Source of the DNA: Octopus vulgaris
Taxonomy: Eukaryota
Length of the DNA: 64,000 bases
NCBI GenBank assembly: GCA_951406725.2
Contig: OX597818.1
Span: 84,010,001-84,074,000, forward strand
Direction of reading: 5' to 3'
Position numbers and translations under genes: made by a program. This document shows, in pieces, positions 12,912 through 25,094 of this stretch. Under the pieces are notes generated by a model. That model was not told where the DNA came from and did not search any database. It worked only from the letters and a program-made list of their open reading frames with translations. Numbering within the stretch: the first letter of the stretch is position 1; each line of letters opens with the position of its first letter.

Positions 12912-14196
12912 TTTGGTTGGTGTAAAGGTAATGGCTCAGCTGACTTTTTAGAAAACGTTTTAGATAGCATATTTTAAAAATTTTACCCCTTGGAATATTT
13001 TATGAATGTCACAATGAGTAATTTATACATTTTTCTTTCGGATTCTGATTGTATTGGCTATAATCCTCCGCTATATTCGCACCCATGTTCGTCCCATCTA
13101 AAGTTCACATTAGACATGTCTTACTCTATGAGTTTCATAAAGGTGTCAATGCAAGCACAGCAGCAAAGTCTGTCGAGTGAGTTTATGGTGGTGATGCAGT
13201 GAGTGACAAAATTTGCAGGAGATGGCTTTCTCACTTCAGAAGCGGGGATTTGAGTTTGAAAGATTAGCCAAAAGAAGCTCATTCAAAAGACCTTGATTCC
13301 GAAGAATTGGAAGGTGTTGTAAGAGAAAATCCAATCGCTAATTATAGGGAACTTGAAGAACAGTTTAACTTAGCCCATAAAACTGTTCTACACCAACTGA
13401 AAAGGATCGGAAAGGTTTCAGTGGTTGGGAAATGGACCCCGCACGAACTGTCTCCATAGAATCTGCAACAGGGTATTGTTTGTTGTCAGTCGTTACTTTC
13501 ACGACACCTTAAGGAACAATTTTTAGGAGAGCTTCTTACAGGTGATGAGAAGTGACGCATTTACCATAAAGTTAAATGCCGTCGATCGTGTATCAGTCGA
13601 GGGGGAAGACCTGTTCAACAACAAAAAGGACTTCATCCAAGGAAGATCATGTTGAATGTATGGTGGGATATTGAAGGAATTGTCCATTAAGAATTGTTAG
13701 ACAACACTCAAACAATTACTGCTAAACTCTATTGTGATCAACTTCATCGTTTGAAAGCTGCTTTGAACAGAAAGCGATCCTGCTTAGACAAGAGTGTCAT
13801 CTTCCGCATGATAATGCTCGTCCACAACTGACTAAAGACCTCTTGGAAGAACTTGGTTGGGAAATATTGCCTCATCCTCCATATTCTCCAGGCCTTGCTC
13901 CTTCTCAATATTCCTTGTTTCGGTGACGACAGAACCATTTGAATATTCTTAGGAGAAGACGGTGAAAATGAGTTGGATGCATATCAAGAGAAGATGTTGA
14001 AAATGATTTGGGAACAGATTTCGTATCAAAAGCTAAACAATTTTATAAGTATGGCAGTTATAAGCTTGTTAACAAATCTAATGGAGTTCTAGAAAACAAT
14101 GGAAATTATGTTGAGAAATAGATATTGCCTTAATCAAGGGCGTCTTCATTTTTAATAAAGATCTTAAAATCGTCCATTACCTTTTCACCAACCTGA
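12912..14196 (+). mobile_element. Full-length decayed mariner (Tc1/mariner) DNA transposon, ~1.29 kb
   Basis: TIRs TTTGGTTGGTGTAAAGGTAATGG (12912-12934, preceded by TA) and CCATTACCTTTTCACCAACCTGA (14174-14196). Internal transposase remnant. Confidence 0.92.
13106..14120 (+). pseudogene. Mariner transposase pseudogene
   Basis: Manual translation gives HIRHVLLYEFHKG..RRWLSHFRSGDLSL..GKWTPHEL..LLTGDEK*..LHPRKIMLNVWWDIEG..HDNARP..LGWEILPHPPYSPGLAPSQY. These match the mariner WVPHEL, TGDEKW, HDNA and YSPDLAP motifs. Several stops and frameshifts. Confidence 0.93.
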
Positions 14197-14215
14197 GATA
14201 TATGTATTCCTTCTA

Positions 14216-14221
14216 TGTATA

Positions 14222-14314
<93 letters not shown>

Positions 14315-14498
14315 ATAGATAGATAGGCAGATATATATATATATATATAAATGTATGTATATATACATACATATATATATATGTGTGTATGTATGTATGT
14401 ATACACACATATATATATATATGTATATATGTATATAGATAGCTAGATAGATATAGATATACACATATATATATAGGGAGAGATACATATATATAAAC

Positions 14499-14562
<64 letters not shown>

Positions 14563-14691
14563 GTGTGTGTATTTGTGCGTGTGTACGTATATATGCAAAT
14601 ATACGCATGCATATATTTGTATACATACGTACATTAATATATAAACATACACACGACTCGCATATATATATACAGATACACACACACACAT

Positions 14692-14762
<71 letters not shown>

Positions 14763-14860
14763 CATGTATACGCACATGTATCTTTTCATAATATGTAAGT
14801 TTGTATGCATGCATGTATGTATGTATATATGTATCTATGAATATATGTATGTGTATATAA
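14216..14860. repeat. (TA)n/(CA)n compound microsatellite
   Basis: Directly visible. Similar blocks at 10600-10920, 19680-20360, 35380-35550, 42140-42950, 46310-46660 and 47170-47545. Confidence 0.95.
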
Positions 14861-14875
14861 GTAATATCAAGGCTA

Positions 14876-16835
14876 CTTGTTCTCGAGCAATGCCATCGTT
14901 TGAATCATTTTAAAATCGGACTCATGTTTCAGCACTTGCGTAACGTTATAGGCCGGCATGTGAGCAACACACATTGGCACAGATATTACAAACATGATTA
15001 CTCCGAACAACATGCTGGTCATCGTACGTTATCTTGTGTCATTACAAGTAATCTACTGATAAACAAACCATGCCGCATTCATTGCTTTTGTTATGCTATG
15101 TGAGTCGCAATACAAAACAACTCTCTCTACGTGGCTTCTTTAACTTTTCAATTCCGATCTGCTGAAGCAGCCACTCTCACATGGCATCGTAGGTAAGCTC
15201 ACTCTGGTCATCAACATTTCTTGGAAATATCCACAGCTTTTTTTAACATTCATATACAACTTTTCCTATTTGGAAGTCCTCAATTCAATAATCTATTACT
15301 TTCCTCCATCTTTTCAGATCAGTTGTATTTTCTTCCCAGCCATTCTTCTGGGATGATATCTTTCATCAAAGATGTTGCTATGCAATCTTTGAATCTGAGT
15401 TAGTTTTATGTGTTTGAGGCTCTTCATTCCTCCGTTCATCATATAGGAGTTGCATCAGGGTTCTGCAGTCTTCCATTCTCACAAAATGACCAAATAATCG
15501 AGGTCGATACAGCAAGTTCTATGACTGTGACTTCTTTCGACGACCTCAACATCACTTGCCTATATTTTCCAATGAAGGCCCAAGGTATGACGTAAGCACT
15601 GCAGGTGGAAGCGCTCCAGCTGTTTCAGATGCTTTCGGTACATTACCCAAGTTTCACGAGCGTGCAACAGTAAGGATGAAACACATGTAATATAAATCTT
15701 TGCTTTAGTATCAGTAGAGTGCCAGTTTTAGACCACTAACACTTTACCAACATTCGGAAAGCACCAACGGCTTTGTGGATTCTTAGCGTTATTTCATTCT
15801 CGAAGGTGCATAATTATTCTACGAATTCTGCCAAGATACACAAACCTATCAGCAACTTGGAGCTTCTAAGAATACACTCTGATATCTGGTTCCCAATACA
15901 ACCTTCCTGACACAGGCTAGTGTAGGAGTACAGCCTTTTTAAGACTCATCGTGAGGCCTAGAGCAAAACAAGAGTTAGAGGAGGACTCCATAATATGTGG
16001 CATCTCTTCTTCAGTGTGAGAAAAGAGACTACAGTCAACTGCATAGAGAAATTTTTTTAAGAATGAGGATATAACTTTTGAATCTCTACTGAGGTGTCAT
16101 ATCTTGAAACGTTTTCCCTACGAAAGCTGACATATATTCCATATTGATACTCACTGAAAGCCATTACAAACACCATCTGTCGATGGATCATTGCCTCGTT
16201 TGTCACTGTTATTCACATCAATACGATCAGATATAGTTCCACCATTATTAACCCAGATCTGCAGGTTGTTATGGAATAGGCGAAGAATTGTCAGATACAT
16301 ATTGAAACCAGATTTCCTCAGTATCCTCAAAGAGCTCTCCGCTTATTGTATCAAACGCCTTTGTATGGCCACAAGAACTTGAAACAGATCCATTCTTTGT
16401 TCGGTGCAGTTTTGCACGAAGTTACAAAACCGAGAGTATCATACCAATCGTACATTTTCCTCTTCTAAATCCACGCTGAATTTTTGAAAAAACCTCATTT
16501 ATAATGTACAAAAGCAGTCTATGGATCATAGTCATACACAAGACCATACCAGCAGCAGAAAGCCACGATATCTTTCGGTAGTTGCCACATTCCCCTTTCC
16601 ACCCTTTCCTTGATACAGTATAACCATGGAAGTACCTTTCCAGTCTTCTGGTGGGCCTTCTCATCAGTCCAAATCTCCTCTAGTAGCGTGGTAAGTTGGT
16701 GTATTCTGTTCCGACTTCCACGCTTAAAAATCTCCACAAGCACACCTTCAAAGCCAGGCGACTTGCCGTTGTTCGGTTCATTAACAGCATATTTGACTTC
16801 TAATGATGAACATCTGCAAAACCATTTTTGTTAGG
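14876..16835 (-). mobile_element. Decayed 5'-truncated RTE-clade LINE (RT pseudogene)
   Basis: Minus-strand pieces NNGKSPGFEGVLVEIFK, KGECGNYRKISWLSAAG and IQRGFRRGKCTIGMILSV correspond to the RT motifs KAPGPDG, KGDxSxCxNYRGISLL and QCGFRxGRxTxDMIF. C-terminal CNICANVCCSHAGL near 14945-14990. Confidence 0.85.
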
Positions 16836-17080
16836 TCTACATGTTACTGATTTCTCGTTCCTACAACTTATTTTATTGTCTTGTATATTTTGTGTCCTTG
16901 TTTCTTGATGCGTTTTGGTGTAAAATATCGCAGCTTCATACACACGTTTGCAAAAAGATGAACACCGAATGCACATACAAACATAATCATTCTTACACAC
17001 ACGTATACATATTTATGCGTGTGTTTATGTGTGTGTGTTCCTGTATGCGTATGTTTATTTTTGGTGTATTTGTGTATGCT

Positions 17081-17123
<43 letters not shown>

Positions 17124-17574
17124 AGATATTTCGAAAAGACGCTGGAGTTCTGAACAGTTTCTGCGCACTAATATATTACTGAACACATTTTTTTCACTAC
17201 ATGACACTTGTCCAAGGCACCGTGTAGTTGGCTTGCAATACTTACAACTGGAACTAACCAATAAAAATTATAATTAATCCTTCACAGATTAGAACAATTA
17301 ACTCACTGGCTAATTCTGTTAAAGAAAAGGGGAAATGAATATCTTTCACTAATTGAAAAAAAAAAGTTCCCTAAATTTTTATTGATTGAAATTAATTTAA
17401 TATCCAATGCAGAGGGGAAATTAATCAGAAATGTAGCAACAGAGTGGCAACTAATAACGGGTTTCTACTGTATTAGTCCTGTTTTGGAAAAGATCATTTT
17501 AAGAGTTAGTGTAGTTCTCAGAGGATTCTATGCGTTGTATTAAATGATTACTAAGTTAGGAATTATCGTTAAAT

Positions 17575-17650
17575 AGACCTGCATGCTCAGTCGGTAAGGC
17601 ACGCAACACATATTCTTGGGGCCATAGGTTCGATTGCCACGCTTGGACAT
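17575..17650 (+). pseudogene. Degenerate tRNA-like sequence or SINE head
   Basis: A-box-like TGCTCAGTCGG and B-box-like GGTTCGATTGCC at tRNA spacing. No convincing cloverleaf. Confidence 0.4.
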
Positions 17651-17818
17651 TATACTTTTAAGGGGAAGGCATGGCTGTGTAATCAAGAAACTCACTTTTT
17701 AAGAACGTGGTTATCAGTTCTCTCCAACTGTGCAGCACGCTGGTTGACCAAAGTCTTGTGAGTGAATTTAGTAGACAAAAACTGTACATGATCGTTGTGT
17801 ATTGGTATGTATGAATGT

Positions 17819-17924
<106 letters not shown>

Positions 17925-18147
17925 GACTATCTATTTATATATCTAGTTATATATTTCATATTTAACAGCTCTTACCCGAATTTACAATATATCTATATAT
18001 ATATGTATATATATTTATATATAAATACATATGTGTATAATAAGGATGACCACTAGAATTTTCAGGTTTTTCTATTTGCTAGGCTAATGGTTTTAAATTG
18101 ATACTAATGAAATTAATATTCAATTTATTACCCTCATTATTTAAATG

Positions 18148-18187
<40 letters not shown>

Positions 18188-18660
18188 GTATGCATGTATG
18201 TATGTATGTATGTATGTATGTATAGTAAATTCGGGTAAAACCCTCGTAATGTGCATTTAAGAGCCGTTATGTCCTTGGTTTGCTAGCGCAGGTTATCCTT
18301 CGGTAAGGTATATTCCAGGGCTGGATACACATGTGAAACTTCTCAGTGCATAAGATTAACACAAGGATAGAGAATATCAGGCTTTAATAGTAAATCACTA
18401 TGATCTTGTGTTAAAGCTTGATATCTTGTATCCTAGACTTATATTATTCTTACATATATATAACAATAAGTCAGGGTACGATAAGTCAAGGTACCTGTTT
18501 GCTTGAAAGATGAGTTAAAATCCTGAAAACCACTCGTCTCTCACTATATGTAAACAAGCACGGAAAATGTAGCAAACATATCTTTTTATATATTTTGCTT
18601 ATTTACTTAATATCTGCGGGCCACTTTACCATTATTTTTACAGACGATAACTTATTTGAA

Positions 18661-18711
<51 letters not shown>

Positions 18712-18716
<5 letters not shown>

Positions 18717-18888
18717 TACACAAATATGAGAGAGAATCCACTATGTGGACGCTCTTACGCTAGAGATAGATCCGCAAGGGTCTCAACAACTAAGAATTAT
18801 TCTCAAGAAAAATTTAGCACACTTGCGGATCTATCTCTAGCGTAAGAGCGTCCACATAGTGGATTCTCTCTCATATTTGTGTATTAAT
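18712..18888. repeat. Perfect 67-bp inverted repeat with 43-nt spacer
   Basis: 18712-18778 is the exact reverse complement of 18822-18888. Confidence 0.97.
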
Positions 18889-19676
18889 AATATTTACTGA
18901 ATCTCAGTCTTTTATGCGCTAGACCACTGGTGTTTAAATTGATGTTATTAAATTGATATCCAATTTTTTCACACTCATGTTGACTTTAATTATATATATA
19001 TATATGTATATATATATTTGTCTGTGTGTGTATATATGTTTATATGTATATGTATATATATAATGTATATAAATGCTCTCACACACACACGCTTGTATAT
19101 TCACATAAATACATATGTATTTTTCTATATGTTCGTTTGTGTATGTTTGTGTCTGTGCTTGTTAACCCACCATTACCACCGCTTAATGTCATGTGTTAGT
19201 TCGTTTACGTCCTCGTAAAGATAGCATTTCAGCAAAACAGGCGGATAGATGAAGTACTAAACTTTTAAAAAAAATCAATCCGCATCAATTGAGTGAGGTC
19301 AATTTGTTCGACTGAAACCCTTCAAGAAGGTGCTCCAGTATGGCCGCAGCTTTACAACTACTAAAAAAACAAAGTAAAAGGTAGAAGATAACAAATACAA
19401 GAACGACTACTGTCTGAAAACTACATAGTCAAGTGGAGGCAAGCATCATTTATTTTGCATATAGCTCCATATTCCAATATATTCACCCCATTAGGTATAC
19501 GCGTACAAGTACACTTAGACAAACATGTGGCTGTGAGCTCCCATAAAAAAATAAGATGCATATTCATGTTGCCGTACGAATAGCGTAATTAGGGGAGCAC
19601 AAAAGACGATATGCCATGCAAGCATGTTTATGCATATATATCAGATAGTCAAAGACACATGGGTATATTTATTTTC

Positions 19677-19732
<56 letters not shown>

Positions 19733-19827
19733 TTGTGGGTATGTGTATGTGTGTATATAAGTATGCATGTGTGTATGTATGGATATACACATATATATAT
19801 ATGTATATGTGTATATATATATAGATG

Positions 19828-19890
<63 letters not shown>

Positions 19891-20519
19891 TTCTATGTAT
19901 GGGCATCAGCATACTTATCACATAAACAAATATATATGTGTATATGTGTATGCATGTATGTACATATATGTACTTATACATATATATATATACAAACACA
20001 AACACACACATATATAGAAACACACGCACATACATGTATATTTATGCATGTATATGTATGTGTGTGTTTGTGTGTGTACTTTTTGTGTTTCTATGTGTGC
20101 ACACACGCACACACACACAAGTATATTTTCTTACATACATATTCATACACACATATTTATATACATATATGCGCAGCTGTTTGTGCTAACATGCCTTCCT
20201 CTTGTACTTTTCACCCCATTACATCAACACACACACACTCACACACACACATACATGAATACATAGCCCCGCATACATTCGCACAGCCATGCATACGTAC
20301 ATACAAGCGTACATATATACATGCATACATTCATACATGCACGCATGCATACACATATTTACGAGCCATTATATACGCAGTGTTCCCTTAATCAAAAGAA
20401 TCGGCCCCTATAGTTGCTTTAGCTCCAAAACCATGGAATGTGCCTATGAGTCATAGGGATCTGTTGCTTCTTGTACAACAAAGGGGAAAGGGAATTTCTT
20501 TGCTGTGTTTGTAGGTTTG

Positions 20520-20600
20520 GTGATGATGGTGGTTGTAGCGGTAGTGGTGGTGGTGGTGGTGGTGGTGGCAATGGCGGCGGTGGTGTTGGTAGTGGTTGTG

Positions 20601-20632
<32 letters not shown>

Positions 20633-21780
20633 GGTAATGACGGTGGTTGTAATCCGCTATGGGTGCTGTGGCAGTTGAGGTAATGGTATTGATGGTAGTG
20701 GTGGTGATACTGTTGTTGTTGTTGCTGTTGTTTTTGTCGCGCTTGGTGGTGGTGGTGGTGGTGGTGATGGCGATGGCTTGATGCTGGTAGATGGTGGAAT
20801 AAAAATGACGGTATTTGGTTTCGATGGTAGGGGTGTTCGCCGAGATGGTTGTGACGATGTTTGATGAAGTATTGTTGGTGGTGGTGGTGGTGGTGGTGGT
20901 GTGGTAATGGTGGTGGTGAGAGCTGTTCTGTTATTGTTGTTCATCGTTGTAGTAGTAAGGTGTATGTGTGTAGGGGAGGGGGTGTTTCCTTGTAGTTGAT
21001 GGTAATAGGTGATGGCGACCGTGATGGCAATGGTGATGGTAAAGGCAATGATGGCGGTGGTGATATTGATGGTAGTAGTAATAGTGGTAGAGGTAGTGGT
21101 GGTGAAGGTAGTGATGGTGGAGGTGATGGTGGCGCTGCTGGAGCTGGTGGTGGCGGTCGTGGTGGTGGTGGAAGTAGTGGTGATGGTGGTGGTGATGGTG
21201 GAGGTGACGGTGGCGCTGGTGGTGCTGGTGGTGGTGGTCGACGTGGTGGAGGTAGTGGTGATGGTGGTGATGGTGGAGGTGACTATGGCGTTTGTGGTGC
21301 TGGTGGTGGCGGTCGACGTGGTGGAGGTAGTGTTGATGGTAGTGATGGTGGAGGTGAAGGTGGTGCTGCTGGAGCTGGTGGTGGCGGTCGTGGTGGTGGA
21401 GATAGTAGTGATGGTGGTGATGGTGGAGGTGACGGTGACGCTGGTGGTGCTGGTGGTGGCGATCGTCATCGTCGACGGCGGATTAATTTTAGGCATGTGT
21501 AATACAAGAAGACAGATCATGTTGTTCCTGTTAGTATTGCTAATGTCGATCATAGAAGTTTTAATCGCTGTTCTTGTTATTTTCATTTTTCGTGTTGTTA
21601 TTGCCGATGGTGGTGGTGGTGGTGGTCGTGGTGGTGGTTGTGATTGTAATGTCGTCGTCGTCATCGTTGTTGTTGTAGATTTTGTTAATGTGTTGATTGT
21701 AGTGCTGATGGTAGTAGTAGTTATAATAGTTGTAATACAGTTGCTATCATTATTGATGTCGTCTGCAATTGCTGTCGTGT
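20520..21780. repeat. GGT/GAT low-complexity tract with a ~75-bp minisatellite (about 5 units, 21112-21470)
   Basis: Unit TGATGGTGGAGGTGA..GCTGGTGGTGGCGGTCG starts near 21112, 21193, 21268, 21343 and 21418. Confidence 0.85.
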
Positions 21781-21797
21781 GAAGGTGAAGTGCTATT

Positions 21798-22020
21798 TGT
21801 TTATTGTCCACATGAGGATAAACATAGAAGGGACAAACAAGGACAGACAAAGGGGTTAAGTCGATTACATTAACCCCAGTGCGTAACTGGTACTTAATTT
21901 ATCGACCCCGAAAAGATAAAAGGCAGAGTCGACCTCGGCGGAATTTGAACTCACAACGTAACGGCAGACGAAATACCGCTAAGCATTCCACCCTGCGTGT
22001 TAACGCTTCTACCAGCTCGT
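21798..22020 (-). mobile_element. SINE family A (tail type 1)
   Basis: Colinear with 801-1037. Confidence 0.8.
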
Positions 22021-22154
22021 GCTAACGATTCTGTCAACACGAAGCCCTCACCTTCAACAAGAATAACAGCATCGTAACACATACAACATTCACCACCACC
22101 ACAACCAACAACAACAACAACAACACTACTCTAACAACAATAGCAGTAACAACG

Positions 22155-22345
22155 ACTTAATCCCTTTGTCTGTCCTTGTTTGTCCCCACTATGTTCAGCC
22201 CTTTGTGGACAATAAAGAAATAAGAATAGTTAGCACACCGGTGAAAATACTTAGCCGCATTCCATCCGTCGTTACTTTCTGGATTTCAAATTCTTCCGAA
22301 GTCGACGTTGTTTTTCATCCTTTTCGGCATCGATGAAATAAGACC
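22155..22345 (+). mobile_element. SINE family A tail joined to a partial family A head
   Basis: ..GTCCCCACTATGTTCAGCCCTTTGTGGACAATAAAGAAATA followed directly by AGAATAGTTAGCAC. Confidence 0.7.
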
Positions 22346-22594
22346 ATGCAAATTTAGTTAGCAAGGTTTTCTATCTTGCTTTCTGATGACAACAGGTGTC
22401 TTCATACCTTAAGAATCTTTCTCTGAGGATTCTTACTGAATATAGGATGATACTTTTCTGCAGGTCAACAATACGAGTTTTTGTTCCAATCTCTTTTAGT
22501 CTTTTAGTTAGCAATTTGGGTGCTGAGCCGAGTGCACCGATTACTATAGCAATAATTGTTGCCTTGGTTTTACACAGCCTCCCCCATTATTATT

Positions 22595-22810
22595 AAGGCG
22601 GTGAGAAGGCAGAATCATTAGCACGCTGAGCAAAATGCTTAGCGGAATTTCGTCCATCTTTACATTCTGAGCTGAAATTATGCTGAGGTCGAATTTTTCG
22701 TTTCACCCCCCCCCACCTCGAGATTGATAAAATAAGTACCAGTTGAGCATTGGGGTCGATGTAATCGACTGGTCCCCTTTTCCCAAAATTTCGGAGCTCT
22801 AGTAAAAAGT
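22595..22810 (+). mobile_element. SINE family A (tail type 2)
   Basis: AAGGCGGTGAGAAGGCAGAATCATTAGC..AAGTACCAGTTGAGCATTGGGGTCGAT. Confidence 0.8.
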
Positions 22811-22872
22811 GATCTTGCTGGTTGTCATCGTGATGATGACTTTAATAATCATAAAGTTCTATTGTTATAATC

Positions 22873-23340
22873 TGTTAAGTTTATCTCTACAGAAAGTCTA
22901 TAGAAAATATTGCCAACATAACGAAATGACGCGTACCAACAAATCATTAGTATTTACGTACTAGATTCCAGGAATGCGTTTAGTATGTAAAATTGGTACC
23001 TCCAATAACGTTTCACTGCTGTATATAGAGACAATTTAAGCAATGTGTTCGAGGATAAGTGAAAGATTAAATTGATACTGATGAAGGGGCAAACATTCCC
23101 GAAATATGGTATATACCCCTATTACCCTTTTTTCATCTTTGACCTCATTGTTTGTTTACATTTGGCGTCTCAGATACGAAACATCGCAACAGAAATCGGT
23201 GCTGGCAACAATTTCTACAGCATATCTGTAGAGCTAAGCTTAACAAGTAATGTAAAAGTGCACGGCTAACGCAGCAGAACACGTTATTGACAGTATATTG
23301 AGGTTGCATAACGAAATACCGCGTACCAACAAGTCATTAG
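22873..23340 (+). mobile_element. Penelope-like remnant: direct plus inverted repeats with a hammerhead-like core
   Basis: CATAACGAAAT..CGCGTACCAACAA.TCATTAG at 22917 and 23307 (period 390). 22873-22918 is a diverged inverted copy of ~23200-23245. CTGATGA-A-GGGG..TCCC-GAAA at 23078-23104. Confidence 0.55.
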
Positions 23341-23852
23341 TTATTGTTATCGTTATTGCTAGCTATAGTGTTGTTGATGTTCAGTTTGTTATTTTTTATG
23401 TTGTTATTTTGCACAAGATCAGCTCTGATCTAACAGTACTGCAATGAGAGGCATTCAGGCAGTGACCACCCTATCGTGACAGATAAACTTTATCACAAAC
23501 TACATTCTGTCAAATGTGCTTCCTTTTTATAGAAGACTTTAAGGGAAGGATTTCAGAAAAATTTGGCTGCGATTTCTAACAGGTTGTTTGTGCACCTGGA
23601 GTCACCCTCATTATTTGGACTATTTTCATTGTTGCAGGAGCTGTTTTTGGTAGTGGTTGTTACATTTAAGATTTGATTGGTGATTGCATTGATTCTAGTA
23701 AATGGATTGATAATGTAATAGTAGTCGTAGTAGTAGTAGTAGCAGCACAGCAACAGCAGTAATAGTAGTAGAAGCAGTAGTGGTGGTAGTTGAAGTGGCA
23801 GTACAACTGGTAGAGGTGGTTGTAATAGTAATAACAGTAGCAGTGGCAGGAG

Positions 23853-23914
<62 letters not shown>

Positions 23915-23959
23915 TTGGTGGTGGTAGAAGTGGTAGTACCACTGTTGGTGGTGGTAGAA

Positions 23960-23992
<33 letters not shown>

Positions 23993-24098
23993 GCAGCAGC
24001 AGCAGCAGCAGCAGCGCTGGTTGTAGTGTAGCTGTGGTGATGTTTGAAGTTGTAGAATTAATTCTGGGAACATTGGTAGATATGGTGACGTTACTGTT

Positions 24099-24325
24099 GT
24101 TGTTTAACCCCAGGTCAACTGTAATCCAGTAAACCTATGTCCGACAGTATTCCAGTTTCGACTATTCCGATTTATTATTATTATTATTTTTCTATGTGCT
24201 AAGAATCTCGGATCACATTATCCAATGACACTTCCTTAAAGGTGGTTAGATATAATTTGAAGGACTGTTAGTTGCTATTTCTAGTAATTCGTATAACCGC
24301 ATAGAGGCTCTTTCCTCGGTTCGCG
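24099..24325 (-). mobile_element. Old interspersed repeat, family E (SINE-like, (AAC)n end)
   Basis: TTGTTGTTTAACCCCAGGTC..CATTATCCAATG..GCTATTTCTAG..TAGAGGC recurs, diverged, at ~23405-23615, 33680-33865, 38905-38975, 39815-39925, 41490-41700 and 55205-55520, and in the opposite orientation at 44581-44823 and 54225-54275. Confidence 0.6.
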
Positions 24326-24349
24326 ATAACTCATTGTGTTGATTGTTAC

Positions 24350-24779
24350 TTCTCTATCTCTACTCTTTACTCTCTTTACTCTTTTACTTGTTTCAGTCAT
24401 TTCACTGCAGCCATGCTGGAGCACCACATTTTAGTCGCGCAAATCGATCCCAGGACTTATTCTTTGGAAGCCTAGTACTTATCGATCTCTTTTGCCGAAG
24501 CGCTAAGTTACGGGGACGTAAACACACCACCATCAGTTGTCAAGTGATGTTGGGGGGGGGGACAAACACAGACACACAAACATATACACACACATACATA
24601 TGTATATGTACATATATACGACGGGCTTCTTTCAGTTTCCGTCTACCGAATCAATTCACAAGACTTTGGTCGGTCCGAGGCTATAGTTGAAGACACTTGC
24701 TCAAGGTGCCACGTAGTGGGACTGAACCTGGAACCATGTGGTTGGTAAGCAAGCTACTTACCACATAGCCACTCCTGCG
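24350..24779 (-). mobile_element. SINE family B (tRNA head, CORE-like segment, internal TA/TG microsatellite), full length
   Basis: On the minus strand: GCAGGAGTGGCTATGTGGTAAGTAGCTTGC..GGTTCAGTCCCACT..CCTTGAGCAAGTG..; ends in (GAGTAAA)n-like repeats. Confidence 0.88.
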
Positions 24780-25094
24780 TCTACCCATAATTTTATATCA
24801 GTGGAAGGCGTCTAGACTTTACGAGCACCTGCAACTACTACCACCGCTACCACTGCCTAATCAAGTACCACTGTCACAAGCACTCGTTCGCCGTCTTTTA
24901 CATGCATCTGCACCGCCTTCACGAATCAGATCCCTCACCGCTAGTAATCAGTCAATGCTTTGAGATCAATCACCTTCAACATTGCCATTACCGTCTACAA
25001 TTCGACTACCATCAGCGCCACGACACCGCCGCTTATATGGCTGATGCTGCCCCTGTCACTTGGGGTATTACACAAAAAGAAAATAAGCCTTAGC

